Source: a virus
Lineage: Duplodnaviria > Caudoviricetes
Length of the DNA stretch: 52,202 nucleotides
Strand: one strand, 5' to 3'
IMG/VR virus record: IMGVR_UViG_3300037246_000766
Location: 1-52,202 of that record
Below the pieces are notes generated by a model, which was not told the DNA's origin, made no database searches, and saw only the letters and a list, made by a program, of their open reading frames with translations. A program made the translations under genes and the position numbers. Shown one piece after another: positions 8,553 to 16,371 of the stretch. How positions within the stretch are numbered: the first letter of the stretch is position 1; each line of letters begins with the position of its first letter.

Positions 8553-8832
8553 TGCTTACCTCCGGTACTGAGTACTTGATGTACGTTTCGTAGATGATAG
8601 CGTTGGGCTCTCTGTCTGGAGACAGTGCGAGTAGATGCGGTGTGCCATTGATCACGCACGCAAGGCGTGGCTCGATATCAAGCACGTCGGTGTCGTTGTC
8701 CTTATCGCATTCACACAGCTGAATGGGGAAGGCGTGGACGTTTACGACTGAGACCACTTCACTTCTGTCTTCGCCAACAGGTTTGGTTGGGTTGATACGT
8801 TTGATGATGACTGGTACGAAAGGGAGATCCAT
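8380..8832 (-). CDS. hypothetical protein
   Basis: GGAGG RBS; its acidic/Gly-rich tail overlaps the downstream gene. Confidence 0.5.
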   Translation of the reverse strand: MDLPFVPVIIKRINPTKPVGEDRSEVVSVVNVHAFPIQLCECDKDNDTDVLDIEPRLACVINGTPHLLALSPDREPNAIIYETYIKYSVPEVSNDERNVSRDTDAEAGPDEVQGSVPRPDNGGGEQVAGGDETPNGPPIHSGGGNSKLRS

Positions 8833-8871
8833 CAGATCGCCTCCAAAATTTTGTAGAAATTTGAAAAGGGA

Positions 8872-9047
8872 GGGGACCCTATCGCTCAGTCACACCTGAG
8901 TCGTACGTGACACTTTCTAGCACCAGACCATAAGGTGAGGTAGAGGTCTGTCGAGAGGGTCCCCATTGTTCAAAGTGGAGCCCTGCCCTGAGTGTGCATC
9001 CTGGTGCAGCCACCGGAGGTACACGCAGGCAGAGGGCAGGGACTCCA
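8872..9047 (-). terminator. two large intergenic stem-loops (terminator, processing site or structured RNA)
   Basis: ggggaccct...agggtcccc closes a branched structure followed by a U-rich tract on the - strand; second stem is tggag-ccctgccct...agggcaggg-actcca. Confidence 0.55.
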
Positions 9048-9053
9048 TAGATC

Positions 9054-9791
9054 TTAGCTCCGATCAGAACCTGCGTTCCAGGCAACGGAGTCATCAGTAG
9101 TCGATTCCTCGTCAGCCGGGACACCGCTCAGATCTTCACGCCAGCCGTCGCAGCGCTTGTTGCTGATACCAACCTCTTCGAAGGTGAGGCAGTACGCAGC
9201 GCTTGCTGCTTCGCGTCGATGGCTGCTGCTCTGAGTATTCTTCGCAGCGAGCCACAGTGCGCAGATCTTGGACAGCTCGGCGTTGGTTGCACCAACTGAG
9301 CCACTACCAAGTATCACCGAACCAGCCAAGCTGAAACCGTCCTGAATGTACAGGGGGCAATCAACCTTGACCTGATCGACGTTCACGTCGGGGCCAATAG
9401 CAGGAGCAGACGATGCTTCGTATGTGATGACCTTGTGGTCCTCGATCACAACCTGGGGGCCGACGTTCTTGACGATGCCGACCTGACCCTGGCCCTGGTA
9501 GTTGCTGCTGCTGACGTAGTTCTTGACGCTCGTCTGCTGCTGCGTGGTCAGAGAGTTGTAGTTGATGCCGATGCTTTTGGCATACGCCGCTGCATCCGCA
9601 TCTGCTTTGGCGATACCAACACCGATACCGGTGCCACCTTCGCCGCCTTTGCCGCCTGCGCCACCCTTGTTGTTGGTGGTGACGCTGTTGTCGCTGCTAC
9701 AGTCGGATAAGAACGACTTGTTGCAGTTGTTACCGGCCATCACGTTGCTCGACAGTGCAACGAGGGCTATGATCATGAGTAGCTTTTTCAT
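9054..9791 (-). CDS. secreted Gly/Ser-rich, Cys-containing protein
   Basis: Signal peptide MKKLLMIIALVALSSNVMA; KGGAGGKGGEGG segment; six Cys. Confidence 0.7.
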   Translation of the reverse strand: MKKLLMIIALVALSSNVMAGNNCNKSFLSDCSSDNSVTTNNKGGAGGKGGEGGTGIGVGIAKADADAAAYAKSIGINYNSLTTQQQTSVKNYVSSSNYQGQGQVGIVKNVGPQVVIEDHKVITYEASSAPAIGPDVNVDQVKVDCPLYIQDGFSLAGSVILGSGSVGATNAELSKICALWLAAKNTQSSSHRREAASAAYCLTFEEVGISNKRCDGWREDLSGVPADEESTTDDSVAWNAGSDRS

Positions 9792-9810
9792 AGTAGTTCC
9801 TTGTTTGAGG

Positions 9811-10437
9811 TTACTTACATGTACCGCTTTCCATGCACTCGATCATCTTGTTGGTTCGTACCCGATCGATCTGCACAGCCAGTGGATTCGTTGCGGCTGG
9901 AATATGGTTCACCACTTCCGGCCATTCTTTGACGAGCTTCTCAGTTGTCGTGCAGGCTCTGAGCTGCTCATTGATTTTGACAGTCAGCTTGTCCACGTCG
10001 TCTGAGAACTGGTCAAACTTGTCTGCGTACTTGATGAGTGCCTCGTACAGTTTTTTGTCGAGGTCTTGTCCTATGAGGCCGCCGGGTATCTCTCCCGTGG
10101 GTTCGGTCTTGGGTCCATGCATGCTGGCAGCATGGTTCCAACGACTTGGTTCGCACCCGAAGCTAGGACTGATAGACATCGTCGGGTGGTAATAGAACAC
10201 ATGATGGTCGTTGTTTTCTCCCAAACGCCTGAGTTCTACACGAATGCAAGCCGCGTTCTTTTGTAGGTAGCTGGGGAGTGCTAGGTACGCCTTTTTATGC
10301 ACACCTAGGTAGTCGTCCCTGATTTTTATAGCCAGCGATTTTTCTTCCCGCTCTAGCCATGCAGCACGCACTCTGAAAGTGTGCTTGACGATAGCCTTCA
10401 CAATTTGATCACGTATCGCGTTAGTCAATCTTGCCAT
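9811..10437 (-). CDS. Nmad5-like (nucleotide modification associated domain 5) protein
   Basis: N-terminal RLTNAIRDQIV and C-terminal TTEKLVKEWPE resemble the Nmad5 family. Confidence 0.7.
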   Translation of the reverse strand: MARLTNAIRDQIVKAIVKHTFRVRAAWLEREEKSLAIKIRDDYLGVHKKAYLALPSYLQKNAACIRVELRRLGENNDHHVFYYHPTMSISPSFGCEPSRWNHAASMHGPKTEPTGEIPGGLIGQDLDKKLYEALIKYADKFDQFSDDVDKLTVKINEQLRACTTTEKLVKEWPEVVNHIPAATNPLAVQIDRVRTNKMIECMESGTCK

Positions 10438-10445
10438 GGTCTCTC

Positions 10446-10634
10446 CTAGTCGTTGAATGGTTTGTCACTGACCAGCTTCCAACCTTCTGCCTTGGCGTGC
10501 TTCTTAGCACCGGCTAGGTTCGCAGACCAGATGTGGTATGTCTTGCCATCCTTAGCGACCGCTGTCCACCTGGGCTGGCGTGATGTCGTGACGTACTGAG
10601 CCTTGCGTGTGATGTCGTTCCTACTCGCTGGCAT
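10446..10634 (-). CDS. hypothetical protein
   Basis: 62 aa from ATG10634; packed between neighbours. Confidence 0.45.
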   Translation of the reverse strand: MPASRNDITRKAQYVTTSRQPRWTAVAKDGKTYHIWSANLAGAKKHAKAEGWKLVSDKPFND

Positions 10635-10803
10635 TTTCAATGTCCAACAAGCGAGCGTTGATCTGCTCGGTGAGTACGTAGGCAAGCGCTTGCACTTGGC
10701 GCGAGAGTCCTGCTTCGAAAGGTTTTTGCTCAAGCTCGAGTTTTCGGTACACCTTCTTGGTTTGTTCAATCACGTCGCCGGGATCAATGTGTTCAAGATT
10801 CAT
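10621..10803 (-). CDS. hypothetical protein
   Basis: GGGAG RBS; helical, protein-like composition. Confidence 0.55.
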   Translation of the reverse strand: MNLEHIDPGDVIEQTKKVYRKLELEQKPFEAGLSRQVQALAYVLTEQINARLLDIENASE

Positions 10804-11125
10804 TAGGCCAACTCCCTATGTAAATGGTGCGAGCAAGGTAGATCGGACTCGTGCTGTGCGTCTTCTTTCTGACGTCGTGAGCCCAAACCGGAAGGATGAT
10901 GAGTCTTCTCTGCTTGCTCGTAAATCTTTTCAAGTAGACTCTAGCCTCGGAACGAGTTGGGATGACGTGCCAACCTGACGTGTACTTCGTTCCGTTGGTG
11001 CCGTCAGACACTATTCTTGCTTCGGCACGGAGCCAAGTGTTTCGCGCTAATCTCCGACTCCCTCTGTTACCGTGGAACAGGGTGAGTAGCTTGAAGTCTT
11101 TGATCTCTACGATTTTGAACCACAT
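10793..11125 (-). CDS. hypothetical basic protein
   Basis: TLFHG.RGSR and Y.SGWH motifs. Confidence 0.6.
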   Translation of the reverse strand: MWFKIVEIKDFKLLTLFHGNRGSRRLARNTWLRAEARIVSDGTNGTKYTSGWHVIPTRSEARVYLKRFTSKQRRLIILPVWAHDVRKKTHSTSPIYLARTIYIGSWPNES

Positions 11126-11126
11126 G

Positions 11127-11747
11127 CTATCTGCCCAGCTCCCCTATAAGTTTGTCGTACATGTCGAGGAACTTTTGTTCAGCGATTTCGGGAGGCCAGA
11201 AGCGAAGCTCGACGGGGAGCGGCTCGATAGCAGGGAACAGGTTGTGTGCATTGCGTACGTACACAGCTTCTGACTTCCTGATTCGATAGTCGAACGGCTT
11301 CACTGCTAGGTACATGTTGTAACGAATGTCGAACTTCTCGAAGATACGTGTCCGGAGATAGTCACCGTACACAGCCAGCTCGGGTACTAAGATTTTGAGC
11401 GGGGACGGGAAATCACCAGTAACATACTCCTCAGAGTCATGTAGCAACGCAGCGAGAGCAAGCTCAGCGCGTCCGTGTGGATCGTGGGATACGAGACCCC
11501 CCTCATTCTCATGCACGTAGTCAGCCAGGAGCCAACTGTGCTCAGCGACTGAGTAGTGCTCGCAGTTCATCGCGCCCAACCAGCGTCCCATCCTGGCTAG
11601 GTGATGCGCGATGTCTAGCATCAAGAAGTCTTTCTCATGAACGGAGGCGTAGTAGAAACGACGCCCTGAGTACAGCATCGTGTGTGCGTCACTGTTTACC
11701 CTTCCGGCGAGAGGGTTCACGGTAACTTGAGTGAGAGTCTTGTTCAT
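11127..11747 (-). CDS. HD-domain phosphohydrolase (YfdR/YfbR-like 5'-deoxynucleotidase)
   Basis: DIAHHLA...R, YSVAEHS and ALLHDSEEYVTGDFPSPLK motifs. Confidence 0.88.
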   Translation of the reverse strand: MNKTLTQVTVNPLAGRVNSDAHTMLYSGRRFYYASVHEKDFLMLDIAHHLARMGRWLGAMNCEHYSVAEHSWLLADYVHENEGGLVSHDPHGRAELALAALLHDSEEYVTGDFPSPLKILVPELAVYGDYLRTRIFEKFDIRYNMYLAVKPFDYRIRKSEAVYVRNAHNLFPAIEPLPVELRFWPPEIAEQKFLDMYDKLIGELGR

Positions 11748-11822
11748 ACTGTTTGTCCCGTTGGATTCGTTTTACTTTGTCTACCCCGAACACAAAGATA
11801 TCGAGGATAGACATTGCACTTT

Positions 11823-12449
11823 TCAGTCCCTTAATGATTTGATCGATTGGTACCACCCTTGTAACTCCAGCACTTGTTCGCGTGCATCATCAAGCGCATT
11901 GTGCGCAACCATCTCAGGGTTTTTCGGGATCTTAGGGTCCCGTATACCCACCAGCTTTGCCGCCACCTTGTACGACATCATGCAGCGGTAAGACCACCAT
12001 GGTATCGGGAAGGTGTATCCGAAATCTGTGAACAGCGTCTCAAGTTTCGGACAATCGAAATGTACAGGCTTTGCCCAAAGTCCAGCGGGTTTAGCCTCTC
12101 CCGCCTCGTTAACGGCAGGCATGCAAAAGTCCTGCATGCGCTCGATGGCTCCTGCTAAGGTGTCAGGGGCATCTATCATCTCCTCATCGGGGATGAGTAA
12201 TGCTTCTTGGACTTGCTTCGACTGCTTGAGCCACCATTGCAGTGTTCGCCCTTCAACTGTGCGTCCTGCACTGATCTGGATTTGCATTGGGAGTGGTGCA
12301 TAGAACCAACGTCCAGGCTCTTTGAGTGTGCTCCAATCGTCCCGCTCTCTGATGTCGAACTTCACCATACCAACAGAGACAATGACTGCTCGGTTGGTGG
12401 GTGATGTATCAAGAGATTCGATGTCGAGCATGATGTTGGGGTAGTTCAT
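11823..12449 (-). CDS. DEDDh 3'-5' exonuclease (Rv2179c / ExoVIII-like)
   Basis: MLDIESL, TLQWWLKQS, W.....FD..L and HNALDDA motifs. Confidence 0.85.
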   Translation of the reverse strand: MNYPNIMLDIESLDTSPTNRAVIVSVGMVKFDIRERDDWSTLKEPGRWFYAPLPMQIQISAGRTVEGRTLQWWLKQSKQVQEALLIPDEEMIDAPDTLAGAIERMQDFCMPAVNEAGEAKPAGLWAKPVHFDCPKLETLFTDFGYTFPIPWWSYRCMMSYKVAAKLVGIRDPKIPKNPEMVAHNALDDAREQVLELQGWYQSIKSLRD

Positions 12450-12616
12450 AGCACTTTGACCTCTGCGATCCATTCGATGGGGAAGTTTGTGGCGATCTCT
12501 TTATACTTCTCGATTGCCTCGTCGGCTGACGATGCTTCGATGATCTCCTTATGGTGTCCCCAGTTCTTACGCCAAGCTTGAACCTCAAAGTGTTTTGTTT
12601 CAGTTGCGCGGCTCAT
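12446..12616 (-). CDS. hypothetical protein (56 aa)
   Basis: MSRATETKHFEVQAW...IIEASSADEAIEK; ATGA overlaps at both ends; below the ORF-track size cutoff. Confidence 0.55.
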   Translation of the reverse strand: MSRATETKHFEVQAWRKNWGHHKEIIEASSADEAIEKYKEIATNFPIEWIAEVKVL

Positions 12617-12801
12617 TGGTTTATTTTCTCCGCAAGTACATCGATCTCAGGAACTGGGAGTCCCGAATGCTCCCCGCAGTTGGTGTAGATTAGATCGATA
12701 TCCGTATCGACGTTGCCGTCCATCACTTCGTTTTGTAGTAAGCGAAGCCCCGCAAGTATGGCATCCCTCTCGGGGGGTGTTAGTTCAGATATTGAGTTCA
12801 T
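12613..12801 (-). CDS. hypothetical protein
   Basis: ERDAILAGLRLLQ...IDVLAEKIN; GGAG RBS. Confidence 0.6.
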   Translation of the reverse strand: MNSISELTPPERDAILAGLRLLQNEVMDGNVDTDIDLIYTNCGEHSGLPVPEIDVLAEKINQ

Positions 12802-13009
12802 GCTCTGGCTCCAGGTGTCCTTTGAAAACGAACTGGTTGTACCAGTCAGCTCCGTCAGTAGTTTCTTCGTGTTGTTTCATTGCCATGACGCGTGCCTCCG
12901 ACACTGCCAGCCCTGGTGTCTCTGCCTCCACGTAGAAGAGGTAAGACACCTGGGGCCAAACGTCGGTGTCGATGTAGTCAGGCGGCATCAGTTGGACGGT
13001 GAACTTCAT
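12785..13009 (-). CDS. hypothetical protein
   Basis: KFTVQLM.PDY...VEA...VFKGH pattern; GAGG RBS. Confidence 0.6.
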   Translation of the reverse strand: MKFTVQLMPPDYIDTDVWPQVSYLFYVEAETPGLAVSEARVMAMKQHEETTDGADWYNQFVFKGHLEPEHELNI

Positions 13010-13203
13010 TCCAAGTGTCCCTCCCTCAGTAGCACAGGTTTAGTGAAGGCCCAGACACTTCCATCGCGTGCTAAGACGATGACGTCAGTCTCTCCCCTCA
13101 CTATATAAACGGCGTTGATTGAGTCGAGTAGCGCGAAGAACTCAGACGCGAGCGAACCTGTCGCGTCTGAGACTCCGAGCTTGCTCATGGCGTTGGCGCT
13201 CAT
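13006..13203 (-). CDS. hypothetical protein
   Basis: GGAGG RBS; ATGA overlap. Confidence 0.5.
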   Translation of the reverse strand: MSANAMSKLGVSDATGSLASEFFALLDSINAVYIVRGETDVIVLARDGSVWAFTKPVLLREGHLE

Positions 13204-14276
13204 GCTGCGAGTGCGACCTCCTGCCACTGGCTCGGGACCAAGTCGATGACGTTGCCACCAAAGCGCTCCAGCTCAGTGACTCGGTCGTAGTCTGAGAGGT
13301 CACTGGCTGTACGTGTGACAGCGTTCGCCATTCCGTACTGTGACAGGTCACCCCCCTCGATCAGGTGCCGCAGGACGCTGCTCTGCTCGCCGTGAGTGAG
13401 GTTCAGACGGTTCCCCAGGACCTCGACAGCCTTGGGCACGTCGCCCTCGATCTTGTTCTGAGTCGCAATCTCCAGCTCCTTGACCCTCATAGCGAAGTCA
13501 GCGGCATCTGTAGCGGCCTTAACCACATCCCTGATGATGAGCCGCATTGCCTCTGCGCTCTTGTCTCTGGCCTCCTGAGTCAGCACAGCGTATGTCTCAT
13601 CTGACATACCGTGACGGGCACCAACGTGGAACTTCTTGAGCATGGTGGCCGAGATCATGCCGTTGAGGCAGGACAGACGATAGATGAGAGGCTCGACACG
13701 TAGGCTTCCGCAACCAACTTCACTGTTGCTGATGACGATGCCTGCCTGGACCGGATCGTTGAGCCCCACTGACCCTTTGATTCGAGGGAACAGTGCTTTG
13801 ATGTACATGCGTGTGTCGGTGACGCTCAGACTTTTGATCTGAATATCTGGTACGCATTGGAGGATGGGCAAGGCCGCGTTGGCGACGTCCCAGTTGTCCA
13901 TGTCGATGCGGAACTTGTCCGAGAGGTATGCACGAGCTGTGCCATCGAGTACGCGGATCATACGGTTCTCAGGCTCACGGTCGAAGAGCGTTGTGACTAC
14001 GTCAGCCAGAGTATCGGGATGATCGGTACGCAGTCGGTCGTAGAATTTCATAGGGATCTTGAGCTTCGTCGCGATCTGACCGTGCGCATGGTTGTTGATT
14101 TCGTAGCGAAGGTTGGGCTCGTTGGATCGAATCACTTCGAGCTTCAAGCCTTTCTCTTCACTGAAGCGTGGCAACTCCATCCCCAGCTGCTTTGTCGATG
14201 CAATCACGTCGACCTTGTTGAAGCGACTGTGCTCCATCTTGTGAGCGAAATTCTCGAGCGATAAGTCTTGTTTCAT
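13200..14276 (-). CDS. DUF932-family protein
   Basis: AHGQIA.KL.IP..FY, ARAYLSDKF, GIVISNSEVG.GS, YRL.CLNGM and NAVTRTA motifs. Confidence 0.8.
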   Translation of the reverse strand: MKQDLSLENFAHKMEHSRFNKVDVIASTKQLGMELPRFSEEKGLKLEVIRSNEPNLRYEINNHAHGQIATKLKIPMKFYDRLRTDHPDTLADVVTTLFDREPENRMIRVLDGTARAYLSDKFRIDMDNWDVANAALPILQCVPDIQIKSLSVTDTRMYIKALFPRIKGSVGLNDPVQAGIVISNSEVGCGSLRVEPLIYRLSCLNGMISATMLKKFHVGARHGMSDETYAVLTQEARDKSAEAMRLIIRDVVKAATDAADFAMRVKELEIATQNKIEGDVPKAVEVLGNRLNLTHGEQSSVLRHLIEGGDLSQYGMANAVTRTASDLSDYDRVTELERFGGNVIDLVPSQWQEVALAA

Positions 14277-14677
14277 GGTATTTGAACTCCTTTGCATGCA
14301 ATACGGACACGGTCACCCTTGATGACGCGTTGCCCGCTGATTGAGTATTTCCTAGTACGCCCTTGGAATAGAACGATGGCCCCTGTGCAAGGACCATCGG
14401 CATCGAGTGTTACTTGATCTTCGTACTCCCTATCACGCCCCTCGAAGAGCCACTGTCCAACTGTCATGATCTCTTCTGCTGCGTTGATGTAGAACACCTT
14501 GAAGAAATCCTGCGGTCCTTTTGATTCGAAAATCTTACGGACTTTCTCAGGTATGAGATCATCAGTGTTGGAGGAAGACGACGTGCTTGACTCGTCGGTC
14601 CCAACAGGCTCTACAGTCTCCACACTCATGCCCTTGGAGCGGAGCAGGGCAATGGTAGAGGGCTCGTTTGTTTCCAT
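14273..14677 (-). CDS. hypothetical protein
   Basis: ORF with GGAG RBS; its 5' part overlaps the gp88-like gene; start uncertain. Confidence 0.5.
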   Translation of the reverse strand: METNEPSTIALLRSKGMSVETVEPVGTDESSTSSSSNTDDLIPEKVRKIFESKGPQDFFKVFYINAAEEIMTVGQWLFEGRDREYEDQVTLDADGPCTGAIVLFQGRTRKYSISGQRVIKGDRVRIACKGVQIP

Positions 14678-15332
14678 TTACTTTTGCTCTCCATGTATCT
14701 CTTGATGCACGAGGCGCAACGCCGCTAGTGTTAGCGAATGACTTGCTGCAGTGGCGTCTAGGTTCTCGAATAAGCGGATCGCTGACTTGGATAACGAGGT
14801 TTCTTGGGCATTCCGCGGTCGCCAGAAAACGCTTAACGAACTGCCTCTCGCGTGTCGGTATCCAGAAACGAATTGTCGGGAGAGCGCGGGCAATATCACA
14901 TATTCTGGAGAGATGCTCGACGCTTTGGATGTCACCACTATCATGCCACCGAAAATGCGGACGCTTTCGACAGTAGTGTCCAATGACGACCACCATCGCA
15001 TCCACCCACTGGGGGTGAGATACTCCAGCCAACCGTTTTTCCAGGGCGAGACGGACATTAGGTCTAGCGTAGTTCCCTTTGAAAGCGTAACACTTCTCAC
15101 AAGTACTCCCCTTTATCTTACGCAGTTTGCTCCCCGTGATACAGGCTTGAGCTGGTGTGCTCGTACTGTATCCCGGCATCTTTGTTGTATTACTCAGACT
15201 GCCAGTTATTGATAACGCATGACTCAAAGACAACGTCGAAGATTGCGTCTGAGATGTCTTCGAGCGTCCAGATTCTAAGGTCACTAAGCGCGTGCTTGCG
15301 TGCCCAGCTTCCTTCCGTAAAGATAATGCCAC
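14562..15332 (-). CDS. gp88-like Cys-rich (putative Fe-S / radical-SAM-like) protein
   Basis: KMPG...PA..C.TGSKL....GSTCEKCYA, FRWHDSGD, WIPTRE and CPA...ECGDCRACWD motifs. True start is probably near 15230. Confidence 0.75.
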   Translation of the reverse strand: MALSLRKEAGHASTRLVTLESGRSKTSQTQSSTLSLSHALSITGSLSNTTKMPGYSTSTPAQACITGSKLRKIKGSTCEKCYAFKGNYARPNVRLALEKRLAGVSHPQWVDAMVVVIGHYCRKRPHFRWHDSGDIQSVEHLSRICDIARALPTIRFWIPTRERQFVKRFLATAECPRNLVIQVSDPLIREPRRHCSKSFANTSGVAPRASRDTWRAKVNGNKRALYHCPAPLQGHECGDCRACWDRRVKHVVFLQH

Positions 15333-15621
15333 CCTGATCGCCTCCTAAAATTACTGCGACTTCTATGTCGTTTTTGTGTGCTCGATCCACCCACCGTCTT
15401 TGCAGTGGTGTGAGTTTTGGTTTTTTGTTGATGAGGTCGATTGTTTTTGGGAATTTCCCGTCGACCCCCTTGTACTCTATGCGCAACGCACCTGTCGGTC
15501 CTTCGTAGTAGTAGTCAGGTGTCCCATTGCTGCCTATCATCCCCGTATAGCACTCCTTAAAGATTGTAGGAGCGAGGCGACGGTGGACCTTGTCGATGAA
15601 CCGACGTTCAGGTCCTGCCAT
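15190..15621 (-). CDS. VRR-NUC / PD-(D/E)XK nuclease (putative Holliday junction resolvase)
   Basis: E..F, GTPD, IEYK and LTPLQRRW motifs. Confidence 0.8.
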   Translation of the reverse strand: MAGPERRFIDKVHRRLAPTIFKECYTGMIGSNGTPDYYYEGPTGALRIEYKGVDGKFPKTIDLINKKPKLTPLQRRWVDRAHKNDIEVAVILGGDQGGIIFTEGSWARKHALSDLRIWTLEDISDAIFDVVFESCVINNWQSE

Positions 15622-15862
15622 TGGCTCGCCTGATGTGCTTGCAGACGTGCCCGCGATGAACGAAGGACATGCATGTACAAGCTACAGTCAACTTCCCAAT
15701 TGACGTGAGTTTGTACTGTGTTGAAGAGTCGGTCTCAGAGTCAACCAGTGAGTGCCCGATCTCAAGTGGCGGGAGCAGGGGTGGGCCACCGATAGAGTTG
15801 CCCAGCCTGTGAATCGCGTCCATTGTTTGGTCGAAGCTGTCTCCTTCAAAAGTTATTTTCAT
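15608..15862 (-). CDS. SWIM Zn-finger protein
   Basis: CTC..F....CKHI motif. Confidence 0.75.
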   Translation of the reverse strand: MKITFEGDSFDQTMDAIHRLGNSIGGPPLLPPLEIGHSLVDSETDSSTQYKLTSIGKLTVACTCMSFVHRGHVCKHIRRANGRT

Positions 15863-15952
15863 TTTGGCCCCGGAATTTTTGAAAAAATTGAAACGTAAAT
15901 GAAGGGAAGGGGTGTTCTCTCCGTTAACTTGGCACCCCTCCCCTGCATCGTC

Positions 15953-16201
15953 TTACGAAGCTCTCGGACGTATGAAGGCCGAGACCTTGTCTTCCTGCTT
16001 CGTGATGGCTGCACGCGTCTTACTGACGGTGCGTTCGGCCTTCCCAAAGAAAGAAGTCGCGGTGCGAAGTGCGGAGCGAGCATCTTTCAGCTCGGTACGT
16101 TCTTCGCGTAGTTGACCTTTCAACTTGCTGAGTTCGGCCTTAGCGAAAGTCTTCTTCGCTTTGACTTCATCAGACGAAAGGATTTTGGACACTTGTCCCA
16201 T
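15953..16201 (-). CDS. basic coiled-coil protein
   Basis: GAGGAG RBS before ATG16201; heptad pattern. Confidence 0.65.
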   Translation of the reverse strand: MGQVSKILSSDEVKAKKTFAKAELSKLKGQLREERTELKDARSALRTATSFFGKAERTVSKTRAAITKQEDKVSAFIRPRAS

Positions 16202-16220
16202 TGGTACTCTCCTCTTGATC

Positions 16221-16280
16221 AAAAGAAACACGCTCCCCCTCGCGTCTCTGACGGTAACCATCAGCGCTAGGGGGGAACGC
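16221..16280 (-). terminator. Rho-independent terminator-like hairpin
   Basis: - strand reads gcgttccccct...agggggagcgt followed by gtttctttt. Confidence 0.6.
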
Positions 16281-16371
16281 GACAATTGGAGCATCCTCTA
16301 CTGCCCGCGAACGACGTAACCTGGGTCCAGGACTCCGTTGACGGGTTGAGCGAGGACTTTCCGCTTGCTAG

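Noticed and set aside
8872-8964. Hammerhead ribozyme in the three-way junction
   Set aside because: The CUGANGA / GAAA / NUH core elements are not present in the required order on either strand.
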